Of a DNA stretch of 54,135 nucleotides, positions 19,221 through 29,409 are shown one piece after another. The position numbers and the translations under genes were made by a program. The notes beneath the pieces are model-generated. The model worked only from the letters and a program-made list of their open reading frames with translations. It searched no databases and was not told the origin of the DNA. How positions within the stretch are numbered: position 1 is the first letter of the stretch; each line of letters begins with the position of its first letter. The stretch is from an uncultured Herbinix sp. (GTDB lineage Bacteria; Bacillota; Clostridia; Lachnospirales; Lachnospiraceae). The stretch is from NCBI GenBank assembly GCA_964391115.1, contig CAYMLE010000002.1, forward strand, positions 1-54,135, given 5' to 3'.

Positions 19221-20345
19221 CTATTTATTTACTTGAAAAGCGATTTGAGCGAAGTTATAGAAACCCAAATACCATATATTAAAATCATGTCCACCCTTCA
19301 CTTCCTGCCATGTGAAGTTTACATCTTCAGTTAATTTATCGGTAAGAGTCGTAAGGGATTTGACGGCACTTGAGGCACTACCGATAGCAATTCCATCTTG
19401 TAGACCACAGATGTTGTAAAAATAATGAATATCGTCATCCGGATAATCCTTTAGGGCCGTAGCAATATTTGAAGCAGTGTAGGTAGTGGGGGCGGCGGAA
19501 AAAGCTCCAAAATAGCTAATGATATCAAGGCTTTCACACATACCGATGTTAATTGTTTGCATACCACCCATAGAAAGACCAGCCATAGCACGATGGTCGC
19601 GAGCTGCAGTAAGGTCGTAACCCTTATCATCATATTCCCCGAAGGTTGCAAAATTCTTGTCTATGTAAGGAATTAAGTCGTTTCTTAATTCCTGTCCAAA
19701 GACGTAGAAGGAATTATGGTCTGACGAAGTATTTGCAAAGTTTTTACTGGAGCGGCCATTCGGGGCTACGATAATAAATGGATCTATAATTTCATTATAA
19801 ATCAGATTATCCATCATGGCCTTAACCTTTGAGGAATCATTAAACATCCCCCATTCTTTTTCGCTCCCCCCAATACCGTGCATCAGGTATAAAACATTGT
19901 ACTCACCGGAAGCATCATAATTATAAGGAAGATAAACATAAGCATGTTTTGTTATCTCAGAATTATCATCAAAGTAATCTTTGGTTTGATAGGAGATATG
20001 TTCAATCGTTCCAGAATGTTCTTTTCTTATAGTCTGATCATCAAGAGGAATCACATCTACAGGTTGGAAATCAAATTCCTTCGTGACCTCTTCCATAGCA
20101 CTTTCATCGATAGAGTCATCATCGATTTCATTGGTTGGCTGATTTTCTATCACATCTTCAGAAACATCTTCTTCTTGAGGATCCGTCACATCAGATTCAT
20201 TCGTCTCAAGCTCAGGTACTATTGTGACGGTATTATCCAAGATATTCGATGTATCCTGTTGAACCGTAGACGGTTCCGATTCATTCGAACAGGCGGTTAA
20301 AAAAGTGGCAAAAATCAGAGACAAAATAGTAAGTATTATTTTCAT
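19221..20345 (-). CDS. Lipoprotein alpha/beta-hydrolase esterase (CE1 feruloyl/xylan esterase-like)
   Basis: Lipobox LTAC, acidic linker, VYLPYNY, YLMHGIGG, GLSMGG nucleophile elbow, GGHDF. Confidence 0.85.
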   Translation of the reverse strand: MKIILTILSLIFATFLTACSNESEPSTVQQDTSNILDNTVTIVPELETNESDVTDPQEEDVSEDVIENQPTNEIDDDSIDESAMEEVTKEFDFQPVDVIPLDDQTIRKEHSGTIEHISYQTKDYFDDNSEITKHAYVYLPYNYDASGEYNVLYLMHGIGGSEKEWGMFNDSSKVKAMMDNLIYNEIIDPFIIVAPNGRSSKNFANTSSDHNSFYVFGQELRNDLIPYIDKNFATFGEYDDKGYDLTAARDHRAMAGLSMGGMQTINIGMCESLDIISYFGAFSAAPTTYTASNIATALKDYPDDDIHYFYNICGLQDGIAIGSASSAVKSLTTLTDKLTEDVNFTWQEVKGGHDFNIWYLGFYNFAQIAFQVNK

Positions 20346-20365
20346 TTCATGATTCTCCTTTCCAT

Positions 20366-20800
20366 TTATGCATGGTCCAAATTAGTTTGAAGCCGATTTA
20401 GTAGTTCAATTAATAATTGCTTTTCAGATTCAAGAAATCCCTGAAAACATACAGTTTCCACGTCAATAACTATATCGTTTACTTTGCTTGCCATTCCACG
20501 GCCTTTATCGGTTAGGTGAACTGAGTAGGCCCTTTTACCACCGGATACAATTTCTCTATTCTTATAGATCAACCCTTTATCCAACATGTTGTTCAGAAGG
20601 GAGGTCATGGTAGCTGGTTCAACGTGACATTTCATGGCTAAATCCTTCTGTAGATAACCCTCATTCTCATATAAAATTGACAAGACCTTTGGTTGCCCGG
20701 TGGATAGACCCAAGGATTGAAATGCCTGCATACTATACTTCTTATGTGCAGAAGCACTACCAATTAAGGCAGTGTGAATTCTTTTGTTTTTTGTTGTCAA
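20366..20800 (-). CDS. MarR-family regulator
   Basis: QKDLA..CHVEPATMTSLL, KRAYSVHLTDKGR; TTG start with GGAGG RBS. Confidence 0.9.
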   Translation of the reverse strand: MTTKNKRIHTALIGSASAHKKYSMQAFQSLGLSTGQPKVLSILYENEGYLQKDLAMKCHVEPATMTSLLNNMLDKGLIYKNREIVSGGKRAYSVHLTDKGRGMASKVNDIVIDVETVCFQGFLESEKQLLIELLNRLQTNLDHA

Positions 20801-20808
20801 TGGAATCC

Positions 20809-20850
20809 TCCTTTATATTCTAATTAGATATCTAATTAGAATATAAAGGA
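20809..20850. promoter_or_regulatory. Perfect 42-bp palindrome over the marR -10/RBS, likely operator
   Basis: TCCTTTATATTCTAATTAGAT|ATCTAATTAGAATATAAAGGA; minus-strand TTGACT (20863-68), 17 bp, TATATT. Confidence 0.8.
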
Positions 20851-20870
20851 ATATAAATTTAAAGTCAAGA

Positions 20871-21090
20871 AAAGAATATAGTAACAGGAAGTGATTGACA
20901 GAAAGAATATAGTAATCAGGAAGTGATTGACAGAAAGAATATAGTAATCAGGAAATAATTGACAGAAAGAATATAGTAATCAGGAAATGATTGACAGAAA
21001 GGAACATAGTATCAATAAAACGTTTGTCAGAGAAAATATAGTATCAATAAAATACTTAAGAGAAATGAAAATAGTATCAGTAAAATATTA
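20871..21090. repeat. 32-bp tandem repeat: 4 good copies, then decaying copies
   Basis: AAAGAATATAGTAATCAGGAAGTGATTGACAG-like units at 20871, 20902, 20934, 20966 and degenerate ones from 20998. Confidence 0.9.
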
Positions 21091-21235
21091 GAAATAGAAT
21101 GGGATAGGTAAATAAATGTTGATTAGCATGGCAGATAGTCAACAGACGACATAAACTACTTAGAAAAAGCTTTATTTACTGGATGGGATATGATAATATA
21201 GCGGAAGTATCATTTGCAGAAAGGAAATATCATTT

Positions 21236-22009
21236 ATGAAGACTTATTCAGGACCCAAAGCACTTACAGAATATATACTTTATCAGAGCAGACATAAGGC
21301 AAGAAAGAGCTTTTCTATTTTACTTGTCCAGGGAATTTTAGCGGGAATGTACATAGCCATAGGAGCGATTGGCTATCTAAAGCTAGCAGCGGGACTTGGT
21401 GATCCAGGCCTTGGTAATTTTCTTGGCGCTCTAGTATTTCCAGCTGGAATTATAGCAGTTCTTTTTATGCAGGCAGAGCTCTTTACCAGTGATAGTATGG
21501 TAATGATAGCAGTTTATGCCGGTCATACAAAGTTAACGAAGATTATTCGAATTTTATTCTTAATATTGATTGCTAATCTGATTGGTGCTATATTCATCGC
21601 CCTTATGACTGGAGTGGCCGGGATTTTTGATGAGAAGACTATGGCGCTTGTGATTTCGAAAGCGGTTCATAAAGCCAATATGCCGATTGGGAAACTATTA
21701 GCCAGCAGTATTGTATGTAATATTATAGTGTCTACTGGTGTATGTCTGGCTTACAGCTGCCGTGAAGAGATTAGTAAAGTTGTAGTCGTATGGCTAGCTA
21801 TTACTGTATTTGTTCTAACTTCAACGGAACACGTGGTGGCTAATATGTACTACTTATTTATCGGATACTTTAATGGAGCTGAGATTACATTATTAGAGAT
21901 TTTCTACAGCCTTGGTGTGGCAGCTATTGGTAATTTCATTGGAGGTGGCATCCTAGTATCGGGTGCAAATTATCTTCTGGCTTTTCGTGACATTGAAAAG
22001 GAAGCTTAG
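21236..22009 (+). CDS. Formate/nitrite transporter family protein
   Basis: GILAGMYIA, VFPAG, AELFTS, EHVVANM, GNFIGGG. Confidence 0.92.
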   Translation: MKTYSGPKALTEYILYQSRHKARKSFSILLVQGILAGMYIAIGAIGYLKLAAGLGDPGLGNFLGALVFPAGIIAVLFMQAELFTSDSMVMIAVYAGHTKLTKIIRILFLILIANLIGAIFIALMTGVAGIFDEKTMALVISKAVHKANMPIGKLLASSIVCNIIVSTGVCLAYSCREEISKVVVVWLAITVFVLTSTEHVVANMYYLFIGYFNGAEITLLEIFYSLGVAAIGNFIGGGILVSGANYLLAFRDIEKEA

Positions 22010-22070
22010 TAGCTGAAGCATACATAAAAATCAATAAATGCTATAAAACATAGGAATTAGGAGTACAATC

Positions 22071-22826
22071 ATGACAGAATACAATGAAATCCGTAAGCAT
22101 AGTAAAACGTCTGAGACTCGGGAAAAATATTGTGAAAGCAGGCCACCTTTAAATATCATAGCCAGAATTCACACGGATTTCCCCGCTAAATTTGGCATTC
22201 CCCGTCAAAGCGGGCTTATTGAAGCTTTGAAAGCTACGATTGTATTTGAACCGGAATACCGAAACTTGGATGCTCTACGAGGACTGGAGGGCTTTTCTCA
22301 TATTTGGCTTATTTGGGAATTTTCAGAGAGTGTCCGTGATACTTGGGCTCCAATGGTTAAGCCACCTAGGCTGGGAGGAAACAAACGGATGGGGGTATTC
22401 GCAACAAGGTCGCCCTTTCGTCCAAACTCCATCGGATTATCCTCTGTAAGGCTGGATGGGATAGTAGAGGATCCGCATCTAGGGCCGGTTCTACAGGTAT
22501 CTGGTGCAGATTTAATGGATCAGACTCCAATCTATGATATCAAGCCCTACCTTCCCTATACCGATTGTCATCCAGAAGCCAAAGGAGGCTTCGCTGAAGA
22601 ACACAGAGATTATGAATTAGAGGTTGTTTTTCCGGAGTTGTGGTTGAACATGATACCAGAAAATCGACGAGAAGCCCTTCAGGGTGTTTTGGCCTGTGAT
22701 CCAAGACCATCCTATCAGAAGGATCCGAATCGGGTCTATGGGGTGGAATTTGCTGGATTTGACGTAAGATTTCAAGTCATAGATCATGTTCTTACGGTCT
22801 GTGAGGTTGAGGTGCTATCGAAGTAA
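22071..22826 (+). CDS. tsaA: tRNA m6t6A37 methyltransferase TrmO/TsaA
   Basis: KFGIPRQSG, GVFATRSPFRPN, TPIYDIKPY, DPRPSY. Confidence 0.93.
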   Translation: MTEYNEIRKHSKTSETREKYCESRPPLNIIARIHTDFPAKFGIPRQSGLIEALKATIVFEPEYRNLDALRGLEGFSHIWLIWEFSESVRDTWAPMVKPPRLGGNKRMGVFATRSPFRPNSIGLSSVRLDGIVEDPHLGPVLQVSGADLMDQTPIYDIKPYLPYTDCHPEAKGGFAEEHRDYELEVVFPELWLNMIPENRREALQGVLACDPRPSYQKDPNRVYGVEFAGFDVRFQVIDHVLTVCEVEVLSK

Positions 22827-23020
22827 TAAAGGTATTATTAAGAAGAAAGATACTACTAAGGATAAAGAAATTACTATAATAGAAGTATTCCGAAAGGATA
22901 GATGTATTGTCGATAGAATTGTAGTATAATTGAAGGAAGAAATTGGTTGTCTTTAGGGAAAAGTTTATATGAACAAGTTTGCCAGGGAATGAATTTACCC
23001 AAGGTACAAGGAGGGATTGT

Positions 23021-23749
23021 ATGGAGATTACCTATATAGGTCATAGTGGCTTTTTTATTGAATGGGATACTTGCTATATGCTCTTTGATTACTATCGGGG
23101 TGAGGTACCACCGCTGGATGGTAATAAAAAGCTGTTTGTATTTGTCAGCCATGTACACCAGGATCATTTTAATCCGGAGATTTTTCGATTGTTTGGTGCA
23201 TACCCTTTCGTCGAGTTTATTCTTTCAAGTGATATTAAATTATCTCAAAACAGGCTATTATCTTTCGGCGTTGACGATGCTTTACAGTCTAAGATAATAA
23301 CGGTTAAGCCGTCGTCTGAGTATCAACTATTCGATTTACAAAAACAAGGCATCGTGTTAAAAACTCTGAGATCAACGGATAGTGGTGTAGCTTTTCTACT
23401 TAAATATCAGGAAAAAACGGTCTATCATGCAGGAGATCTTAATCTATGGCTTTGGAAGGAAGAAACGAAGCAAGCCAATAACAATATGGCAGCCTTGTTT
23501 CAGAAGGAAATGCTAAAATTAAAGGATGTAATGATTGATCTGGCATTTGCCCCCTTGGATTCTAGGCAGGAAGAATACTATTATATGGGGTTGGAGTCAC
23601 TTCTAAATACGGCAAGGGTTAGATATGTATTACCCATGCATTTTTGGGATGACCCATCGGTTATTCAACGATTTAAGAAAGAAAGAACTTTGCCTGATTG
23701 TACAGAAATCTTTGATGTACTAGAGGAAGGTCAATCCTGGAGTATATAA
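23021..23749 (+). CDS. MBL-fold metallo-hydrolase
   Basis: YIGHSGF, SHVHQDH, YHAGD, PMHF. Confidence 0.9.
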   Translation: MEITYIGHSGFFIEWDTCYMLFDYYRGEVPPLDGNKKLFVFVSHVHQDHFNPEIFRLFGAYPFVEFILSSDIKLSQNRLLSFGVDDALQSKIITVKPSSEYQLFDLQKQGIVLKTLRSTDSGVAFLLKYQEKTVYHAGDLNLWLWKEETKQANNNMAALFQKEMLKLKDVMIDLAFAPLDSRQEEYYYMGLESLLNTARVRYVLPMHFWDDPSVIQRFKKERTLPDCTEIFDVLEEGQSWSI

Positions 23750-23784
23750 TATAGCTCATATGTCTTAAGCTATCCTAGCAGTAG

Positions 23785-23822
23785 AAGGGTGAATATACAT
23801 CATGTATGTTCACCCCTTTTTA
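23785..23822 (+). terminator. Rho-independent terminator
   Basis: GGGTGAATATACAT/ATGTATGTTCACCC plus T tract. Confidence 0.75.
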
Positions 23823-23928
23823 TTGATTAGGTATTACTTTTTATTACACTTTATGTCTTAAAGTTCGGTCAAGATACATAGGATTAGATAACCTCTTATA
23901 CTGTATTTTGCAGGAAGGTGTTATTTCA

Positions 23929-25323
23929 ATGGAAGGATCCTCTAGGAAACCATCAATACGAAGAGTTGTAATAGAAAGAATCGTAATCATTATTTCTTTA
24001 GTGACACTTACATATTTACTCTTATCTTTATATTTTATTAATCATTACTTTTTTAACACGATTATAAATGGAATCAATGTTTCTCTTAAATCCCATAAGG
24101 CGGCAAAGTTTTCAATCATAAATAGCTTAAACGACTATAAGTTGGAGCTAATAGACTGTAGTGGAAATATGGAAGTTATCTATGGACAGGAAATCGGAGT
24201 TCAATATAATGATAACAACAGAATGTCCAAGATATTTAGTTTGCAAAATTCATTACTATGGGCGAAATCTACGATTCAGCCTCGAAGGTATAACGTTCGG
24301 GACTTGATCATCTACAATAATCAAAAGCTAAATCAAAAAATAAAGGATTTGAAGCTACTAAATCAAGCGATGACAGAACCAAGGGATGTTAGCTTTCGCT
24401 ACCGAAATGGCACTTATGTGATAGTAAAAGAGGAGCATGGTAATAAAATTGTCGAGGAGAAATTAACAGAGGCCATAAAGACCCACATCCAGCAAGGTCG
24501 TTATAAACTAGACTTGGTCAGTATGCTTTGCTATGAACAGCCCAAGTATACAGCTGCTTCATTAAAAACACCTCAAACCCATGAGGTTCTGAAACAGTAT
24601 ATATCAACAAATATAACCTATCTCTTCGGGGATGATAAAGTAGTATTGGATGGAAGAATCATAAATCGTTGGCTTAGGGTGGATGATAATCTCGAGGTAA
24701 AGATAAATGAAACAGCGATTATGCTTTATGTTAAAGGGTTATGTGCCAAATATGATACCATAGGAACTACACGACAGATTAAAACCTCCACCGGTAAAAT
24801 AGTTGAGGTTACTGGAGGTCTATATGGTTGGAAAATAGATCAGAAGGCTGAGATCGATGCAATAAAGCAGAGCATACATAAGGGTGAATCAACCACAAGA
24901 GAGCCGATCTATGAACAAAGAGCAGTGTTTCATGGTGACAATGAAATCGGTGACACTTATGTTGAAATCAATATTACAAAGCAATACTTATGGTATTATA
25001 AGAAGGGAAAGCTGTTAGCCCAAGGTCCGGTCGTCACCGGTAATCCCAATAGGGGAAATGCCACAGTTCTAGGTATATACATGCTTAATTATAAACAGAA
25101 GGATACTATAATTAGTGGACCAGGATATGAAGCAAAAGTAACGTATTGGATGCCTTTCTTTGGTAATATTGGGTTACATGATGCTAGTTGGAGATATTCC
25201 TTTGGAGGAGAAATCTATAAAAGGCGAGGTTCCCATGGATGTGTTAATGCACCCGTTCCTTTAGCGAAAAGAATATTTGAGAATATTGATGAAGGAACAC
25301 CAATTATCTGTTATGAGGAATAA
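23929..25323 (+). CDS. L,D-transpeptidase (YkuD) with peptidoglycan-binding domains
   Basis: N-terminal TM; YVEINITKQ, VVTG, GLHDASWR, GSHGCVN. Confidence 0.92.
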   Translation: MEGSSRKPSIRRVVIERIVIIISLVTLTYLLLSLYFINHYFFNTIINGINVSLKSHKAAKFSIINSLNDYKLELIDCSGNMEVIYGQEIGVQYNDNNRMSKIFSLQNSLLWAKSTIQPRRYNVRDLIIYNNQKLNQKIKDLKLLNQAMTEPRDVSFRYRNGTYVIVKEEHGNKIVEEKLTEAIKTHIQQGRYKLDLVSMLCYEQPKYTAASLKTPQTHEVLKQYISTNITYLFGDDKVVLDGRIINRWLRVDDNLEVKINETAIMLYVKGLCAKYDTIGTTRQIKTSTGKIVEVTGGLYGWKIDQKAEIDAIKQSIHKGESTTREPIYEQRAVFHGDNEIGDTYVEINITKQYLWYYKKGKLLAQGPVVTGNPNRGNATVLGIYMLNYKQKDTIISGPGYEAKVTYWMPFFGNIGLHDASWRYSFGGEIYKRRGSHGCVNAPVPLAKRIFENIDEGTPIICYEE

Positions 25324-25332
25324 AAAGAAATA

Positions 25333-25377
25333 GAACAGCCTTCTAAGTCAAGGTAAGACGATAGAAGGCTGTTTTTT
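25333..25377. terminator. Bidirectional terminator
   Basis: AACAGCCTTCTA...TAGAAGGCTGTTTTTT. Confidence 0.8.
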
Positions 25378-25394
25378 GTTATGATTGAATAATC

Positions 25395-26036
25395 TTAGTG
25401 ATTTTCAGCCTCCATAGCCTCTTTCTGCGTTCTATGAACGGTTCCATGGGGATGCTGCGGGGGTGCATAGATGGAATAGAGCTTAATAGGAACATCCCCT
25501 GTATTTACCAGGTTATGCCATACTCCAGCTGGGATGATAAACGCATAATCATCACATACTTTTACCTTAAAATCCAGGTTATCCTTACAATCACCCATCA
25601 TGACCAATCCTTCACCCTGCTCTATCCTAATAAACTGATCTACATCGGGGTGCATCTCTAAACCAATATCTCCCCCAACCTCAATGGACATTAAAGTAAG
25701 CTGAAGATACTCACCGGTCCATAGTGCTGTACGAAAATAATTGTTTTGTTTCGCTGCATTTTCTATGTTTACTGCAAAGGGCTCTGGTCCATAATCATTT
25801 GACCTGGGATATCTTTCTCTATTATAATCCGGCTGACACCCACAATCATCTCTTGAATAGGATGGTCTTCTATTATAGTTTGTATCCCTAGAGTAATTGG
25901 ACTGATTATCGGTATAACCAGATGAATTGGAAGGCCGAGTTTCGTTATCCCGATGATTATTAGGATTAGAGTTGGAACGGTTTCTGTTAGAGTATCTTGG
26001 ATATCTACGATTCATATTAAACATTTGCTTCATCAT
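25395..26036 (-). CDS. Cupin-domain protein with low-complexity N/R/S/Y-rich N-terminus
   Basis: FRTALWTG, IGLEMHPDVDQF, PAGVWHN, IYAPPQHPHG. Confidence 0.88.
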   Translation of the reverse strand: MMKQMFNMNRRYPRYSNRNRSNSNPNNHRDNETRPSNSSGYTDNQSNYSRDTNYNRRPSYSRDDCGCQPDYNRERYPRSNDYGPEPFAVNIENAAKQNNYFRTALWTGEYLQLTLMSIEVGGDIGLEMHPDVDQFIRIEQGEGLVMMGDCKDNLDFKVKVCDDYAFIIPAGVWHNLVNTGDVPIKLYSIYAPPQHPHGTVHRTQKEAMEAENH

Positions 26037-26214
26037 TCCTAATACTAGTTTTATATTTCAATATATGCTACGTTCCATATATGGTGATGTTAAGGATTAC
26101 ATTTATCAATACTATAACTTTCATATATTTTATTAAAAAGACCTTGTTAAAGGGAATGACCTAAGGAATTATGAAATATAGTTTATTAACAAACGAATAT
26201 TGGATGGAATTAAT

Positions 26215-27021
26215 ATGAATAAGAAGAAAATTCGAAGGATCGTAGGAATTATATATTTATTCACCTTAGCTTATATCCTGGGTGGTGGGGTAGCTTTAAT
26301 GAAGAACGCCTATGGTAGGGAGCTGATTCGGGAAGAAAGTGAAAATTGGGGGTTGGGCTTTACGGTACAAGGAAAGCCTCCTACAGCGAATGCCACAGCG
26401 GATGAACTTAAGAAATACAATGCATACTATATTGGAGACACTAACGAGAAGGTTATATATCTAACCTTTGATGCTGGTTATGAGAACGGATATACAGATC
26501 AAATATTAGATGCACTAAAAAAACATAATGTCCAGGCGACCTTCTTTCTGGTTGGTAATTATATCGCAACTAGTCCAATCCTTGTGCAACGTATGTTAGA
26601 GGATGGTCATATCGTTGCAAACCATACCTATTCCCACCCAAACATGTCAAAAATATCATCCATGGATGCGTTTCTAAAGGAATTGTCAGAGCTAGAAACA
26701 GTATATACAAATATGACGGGACAAACGATGGTAAAATACTATCGACCACCTCAAGGTAAATACAGCATAGAGAACTTAAGAATGGCGAAGGATCTAGGTT
26801 ATCAAACCTTTTTTTGGAGTCTGGCCTATGTAGATTGGTACAATGATAAGCAGCCAACAAAGGAGGAGGCTTTTAAGAAGCTTCTTGGAAGAATACACCC
26901 AGGAGCAATTGTGCTATTACATAGTACATCAAAAACCAATTCTGAGATAATGGATGAATTGATTACCAGTTGGAAGGATATGGGATATACCTTTGGTTCT
27001 CTTGAGGATTTATGCCAATAA
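26215..27021 (+). CDS. Polysaccharide deacetylase (PdaA-like)
   Basis: YLTFDAGYENG, NHTYSHP, RPPQG, FWSLAYVDW, LLHS. Confidence 0.9.
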   Translation: MNKKKIRRIVGIIYLFTLAYILGGGVALMKNAYGRELIREESENWGLGFTVQGKPPTANATADELKKYNAYYIGDTNEKVIYLTFDAGYENGYTDQILDALKKHNVQATFFLVGNYIATSPILVQRMLEDGHIVANHTYSHPNMSKISSMDAFLKELSELETVYTNMTGQTMVKYYRPPQGKYSIENLRMAKDLGYQTFFWSLAYVDWYNDKQPTKEEAFKKLLGRIHPGAIVLLHSTSKTNSEIMDELITSWKDMGYTFGSLEDLCQ

Positions 27022-27235
27022 GGATAGGATATAGAATGATCTTAGAAGATAACTTCATCATTTTATGAAATCAGAATATGAGAATAATAGACTTATATCA
27101 AATTTATAAGATTGTACAAAGACTTTACTAGAAAACTTAGATATAATAGTGTATGGCTTAGAACATAATCTAAAAAATGAAATGCACCATATAATAAATC
27201 ATTGAAAAATGAGATGATAAAGGAGATGTAATCCT

Positions 27236-28957
27236 ATGACACAAAAAAAGGATTTTCACCCGAAAGCACCAAAGGATCCAATAAAAAAACGGAGCTTTCT
27301 CTATGTAATGGCAGATACTATTGTTGAAGCAACTCCTCGGGGAGAAGGTAAGCCCTCCCAGGAGCTTTATATGGATAATAAACGGTTAAAAAGTAAAGTG
27401 AAGCTGGCGAGTAGCTATGATGAGGAAGATATTCTTCAATACCTTGATACCACAGAAGGATTTCGAAAATTGGTTCATAGTATCGGTGTTACTGTAAAGT
27501 CAGATGTGAATCCTGAGGGTAGTATTAACTTTGTACTTCATAACTGGGGTAAAGTTAATATCTTTGAATCAGGATCGAAGATTAGCAAGACCTGTCCCCT
27601 CGACGGCTCTGAAACCATCATTAAACTAGAGGAATATGAATGGTCACCTGAGGATAATGTAGTAGGGAAATTTGGTTTTGAATTTGATCAGATTGGTGAT
27701 ATGGCCAATGCAACAATTAAATTATATTTAATGGATGGTTTCGAGGTACCAGAGATTTCTCTGGAGCCACCAGTGGATTTTGATTCATCCATGTATCAGA
27801 GCATGATTGCCAAGTCCCTGTTACATAAGGGTAATAATCAGAGATTAAAAGCCGCAATCGATAAGGCACAGAAGGGTGAGGAGGTAACCATTGCCTATAT
27901 TGGTGGTTCGATTACCCAAGGAGCAGGGGCAAAACCGATTAACACAGGCTGCTATGCTTATAAATCCTATATGAAGTTTAAAGACCTTTTTAGTAAAGAG
28001 GATGGAGCAAATGTTCATTTTATTAAAGCCGGCGTTGGTGGTACACCCTCTGAGCTTGGTATGATTCGTTATGATCGAGATATTCTAAGAGATGGTTCCG
28101 TAGAACCGGACATAGTAATTATAGAATTTGCAGTTAACGATGCTGGAGATGAAACGATGGGTGCTTGCTTCGAGAGCTTAGCCTTAAAGATACTATCCAG
28201 TGAGAATAAGCCAGCAGTTATTTTATTGTTTAGCGTTTTTGTGGATGATTATAATCTGCAGGAACGTTTGGCACCGATTGGTCTGCACTATAATCTGCCG
28301 ATGGTTAGTGTGAAAGATGCTCTAGTTGACCAGTTTAAGCTGTCGAAGGAGGAGGGAAATGTTATATCAAAAAGACAGTATTTCTATGATGTTTACCATC
28401 CGACGAACGATGGCCATACCGTAATGGCAGACAGTATTTCTTACCTTCTATCGGAAGTGGCAAAGGATACAATGGATTCGGAAGATATTAATTTAGATAA
28501 ACAACCTGTGGTAGGAAACCGCTTTACGAAGGTCCACCTGTTGGATCGTAAGGATAATATAGAGGTAGCTATCATCCAGGAGGGTAGCTTTAAGGAAATG
28601 GACACAGAGCTTCAAATGGTTGAAATGGATGACAACCAGATGCCGACTCCTCAATTTCCTCACAACTGGATGCATACGGCTTTATCAGGAAACGATAGCT
28701 TCAAAATGAGGATTACGAGTAAGAACCTTCTGATTGTGTTTAAAGATTCCGGAAATACTGATTTTGGAAAAGCACAGGTCTATGTGGATGGTGTATTATT
28801 TAAAACATTGGATCCTCATGAAAATAATTGGACCCATTGTAACCCTGTGATATTATATCAAGAGGATACAAGTCAGGAGCATGAGATTGAGATTAAGATG
28901 GTTGAGGGTGAGGAAGATAAATCCTTTACTATACTGGGATTTGGCTATACCTTGTAA
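27236..28957 (+). CDS. SGNH/GDSL-family hydrolase with accessory domains
   Basis: GGSITQG, AGVGGT, EFAVND, DVYHP. Confidence 0.85.
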   Translation: MTQKKDFHPKAPKDPIKKRSFLYVMADTIVEATPRGEGKPSQELYMDNKRLKSKVKLASSYDEEDILQYLDTTEGFRKLVHSIGVTVKSDVNPEGSINFVLHNWGKVNIFESGSKISKTCPLDGSETIIKLEEYEWSPEDNVVGKFGFEFDQIGDMANATIKLYLMDGFEVPEISLEPPVDFDSSMYQSMIAKSLLHKGNNQRLKAAIDKAQKGEEVTIAYIGGSITQGAGAKPINTGCYAYKSYMKFKDLFSKEDGANVHFIKAGVGGTPSELGMIRYDRDILRDGSVEPDIVIIEFAVNDAGDETMGACFESLALKILSSENKPAVILLFSVFVDDYNLQERLAPIGLHYNLPMVSVKDALVDQFKLSKEEGNVISKRQYFYDVYHPTNDGHTVMADSISYLLSEVAKDTMDSEDINLDKQPVVGNRFTKVHLLDRKDNIEVAIIQEGSFKEMDTELQMVEMDDNQMPTPQFPHNWMHTALSGNDSFKMRITSKNLLIVFKDSGNTDFGKAQVYVDGVLFKTLDPHENNWTHCNPVILYQEDTSQEHEIEIKMVEGEEDKSFTILGFGYTL

Positions 28958-28971
28958 ATACAAAGACGAAC

Positions 28972-29002
28972 GAAGAGGCAGGAACATAAACCTGCCTCTT
29001 TT
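28972..29002 (+). terminator. Rho-independent terminator
   Basis: AAGAGGCAGG...CCTGCCTCTTTT. Confidence 0.8.
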
Positions 29003-29158
29003 GTATATAATAAAGCATGGAAGTAATAACCACTTTTCTATTTAACAAAAATTTATATATATTCAGATATTTTTGATTGACATTTAAATCATACTATTGT
29101 AATATAATCATACAAAACATATCAGAATAGTATGAATACAATGAGAAGGGAATTAACT

Positions 29159-29236
29159 ATGATTTCAATTGACGTTTCTTTTAAAATAAACAAAGCCAGT
29201 TGCTGTTGTATGTGTGATTTGTCCGTTATGGAATAA
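29159..29236 (+). CDS. Putative Cys-rich leader peptide MISIDVSFKINKASCCCMCDLSVME
   Basis: GAAGGG RBS, ATG 29159, TGC TGT TGT ATG TGT, TAA 29234; lies upstream of a cysteine ABC operon. Confidence 0.7.
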   Translation: MISIDVSFKINKASCCCMCDLSVME

Positions 29237-29298
29237 AGCATGCATGGATTGCTATGTTCTATTTCTTAGGAAACTAAGATATAGAGATTGTATTATAA

Positions 29299-29332
29299 AG
29301 CAGATGCATATAAGGTGTCTGCTAATTTTTTT
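29299..29332 (+). terminator. Leader (attenuator) terminator
   Basis: AGCAGATGC-ATATAAG-GTGTCTGCT-AATTTTTTT located before the first permease. Confidence 0.65.
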
Positions 29333-29409
29333 GGTTGCATAAGCAGCAGCCAGGAGAAACGTGCGAAGCCCGTTTTTCATGGTTTTATGAAATGAAAGAG
29401 GTTGGAAGA

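Noticed and set aside
29335-29409. N-terminal extension of the permease
   Set aside because: No RBS; family similarity starts at MDLKF
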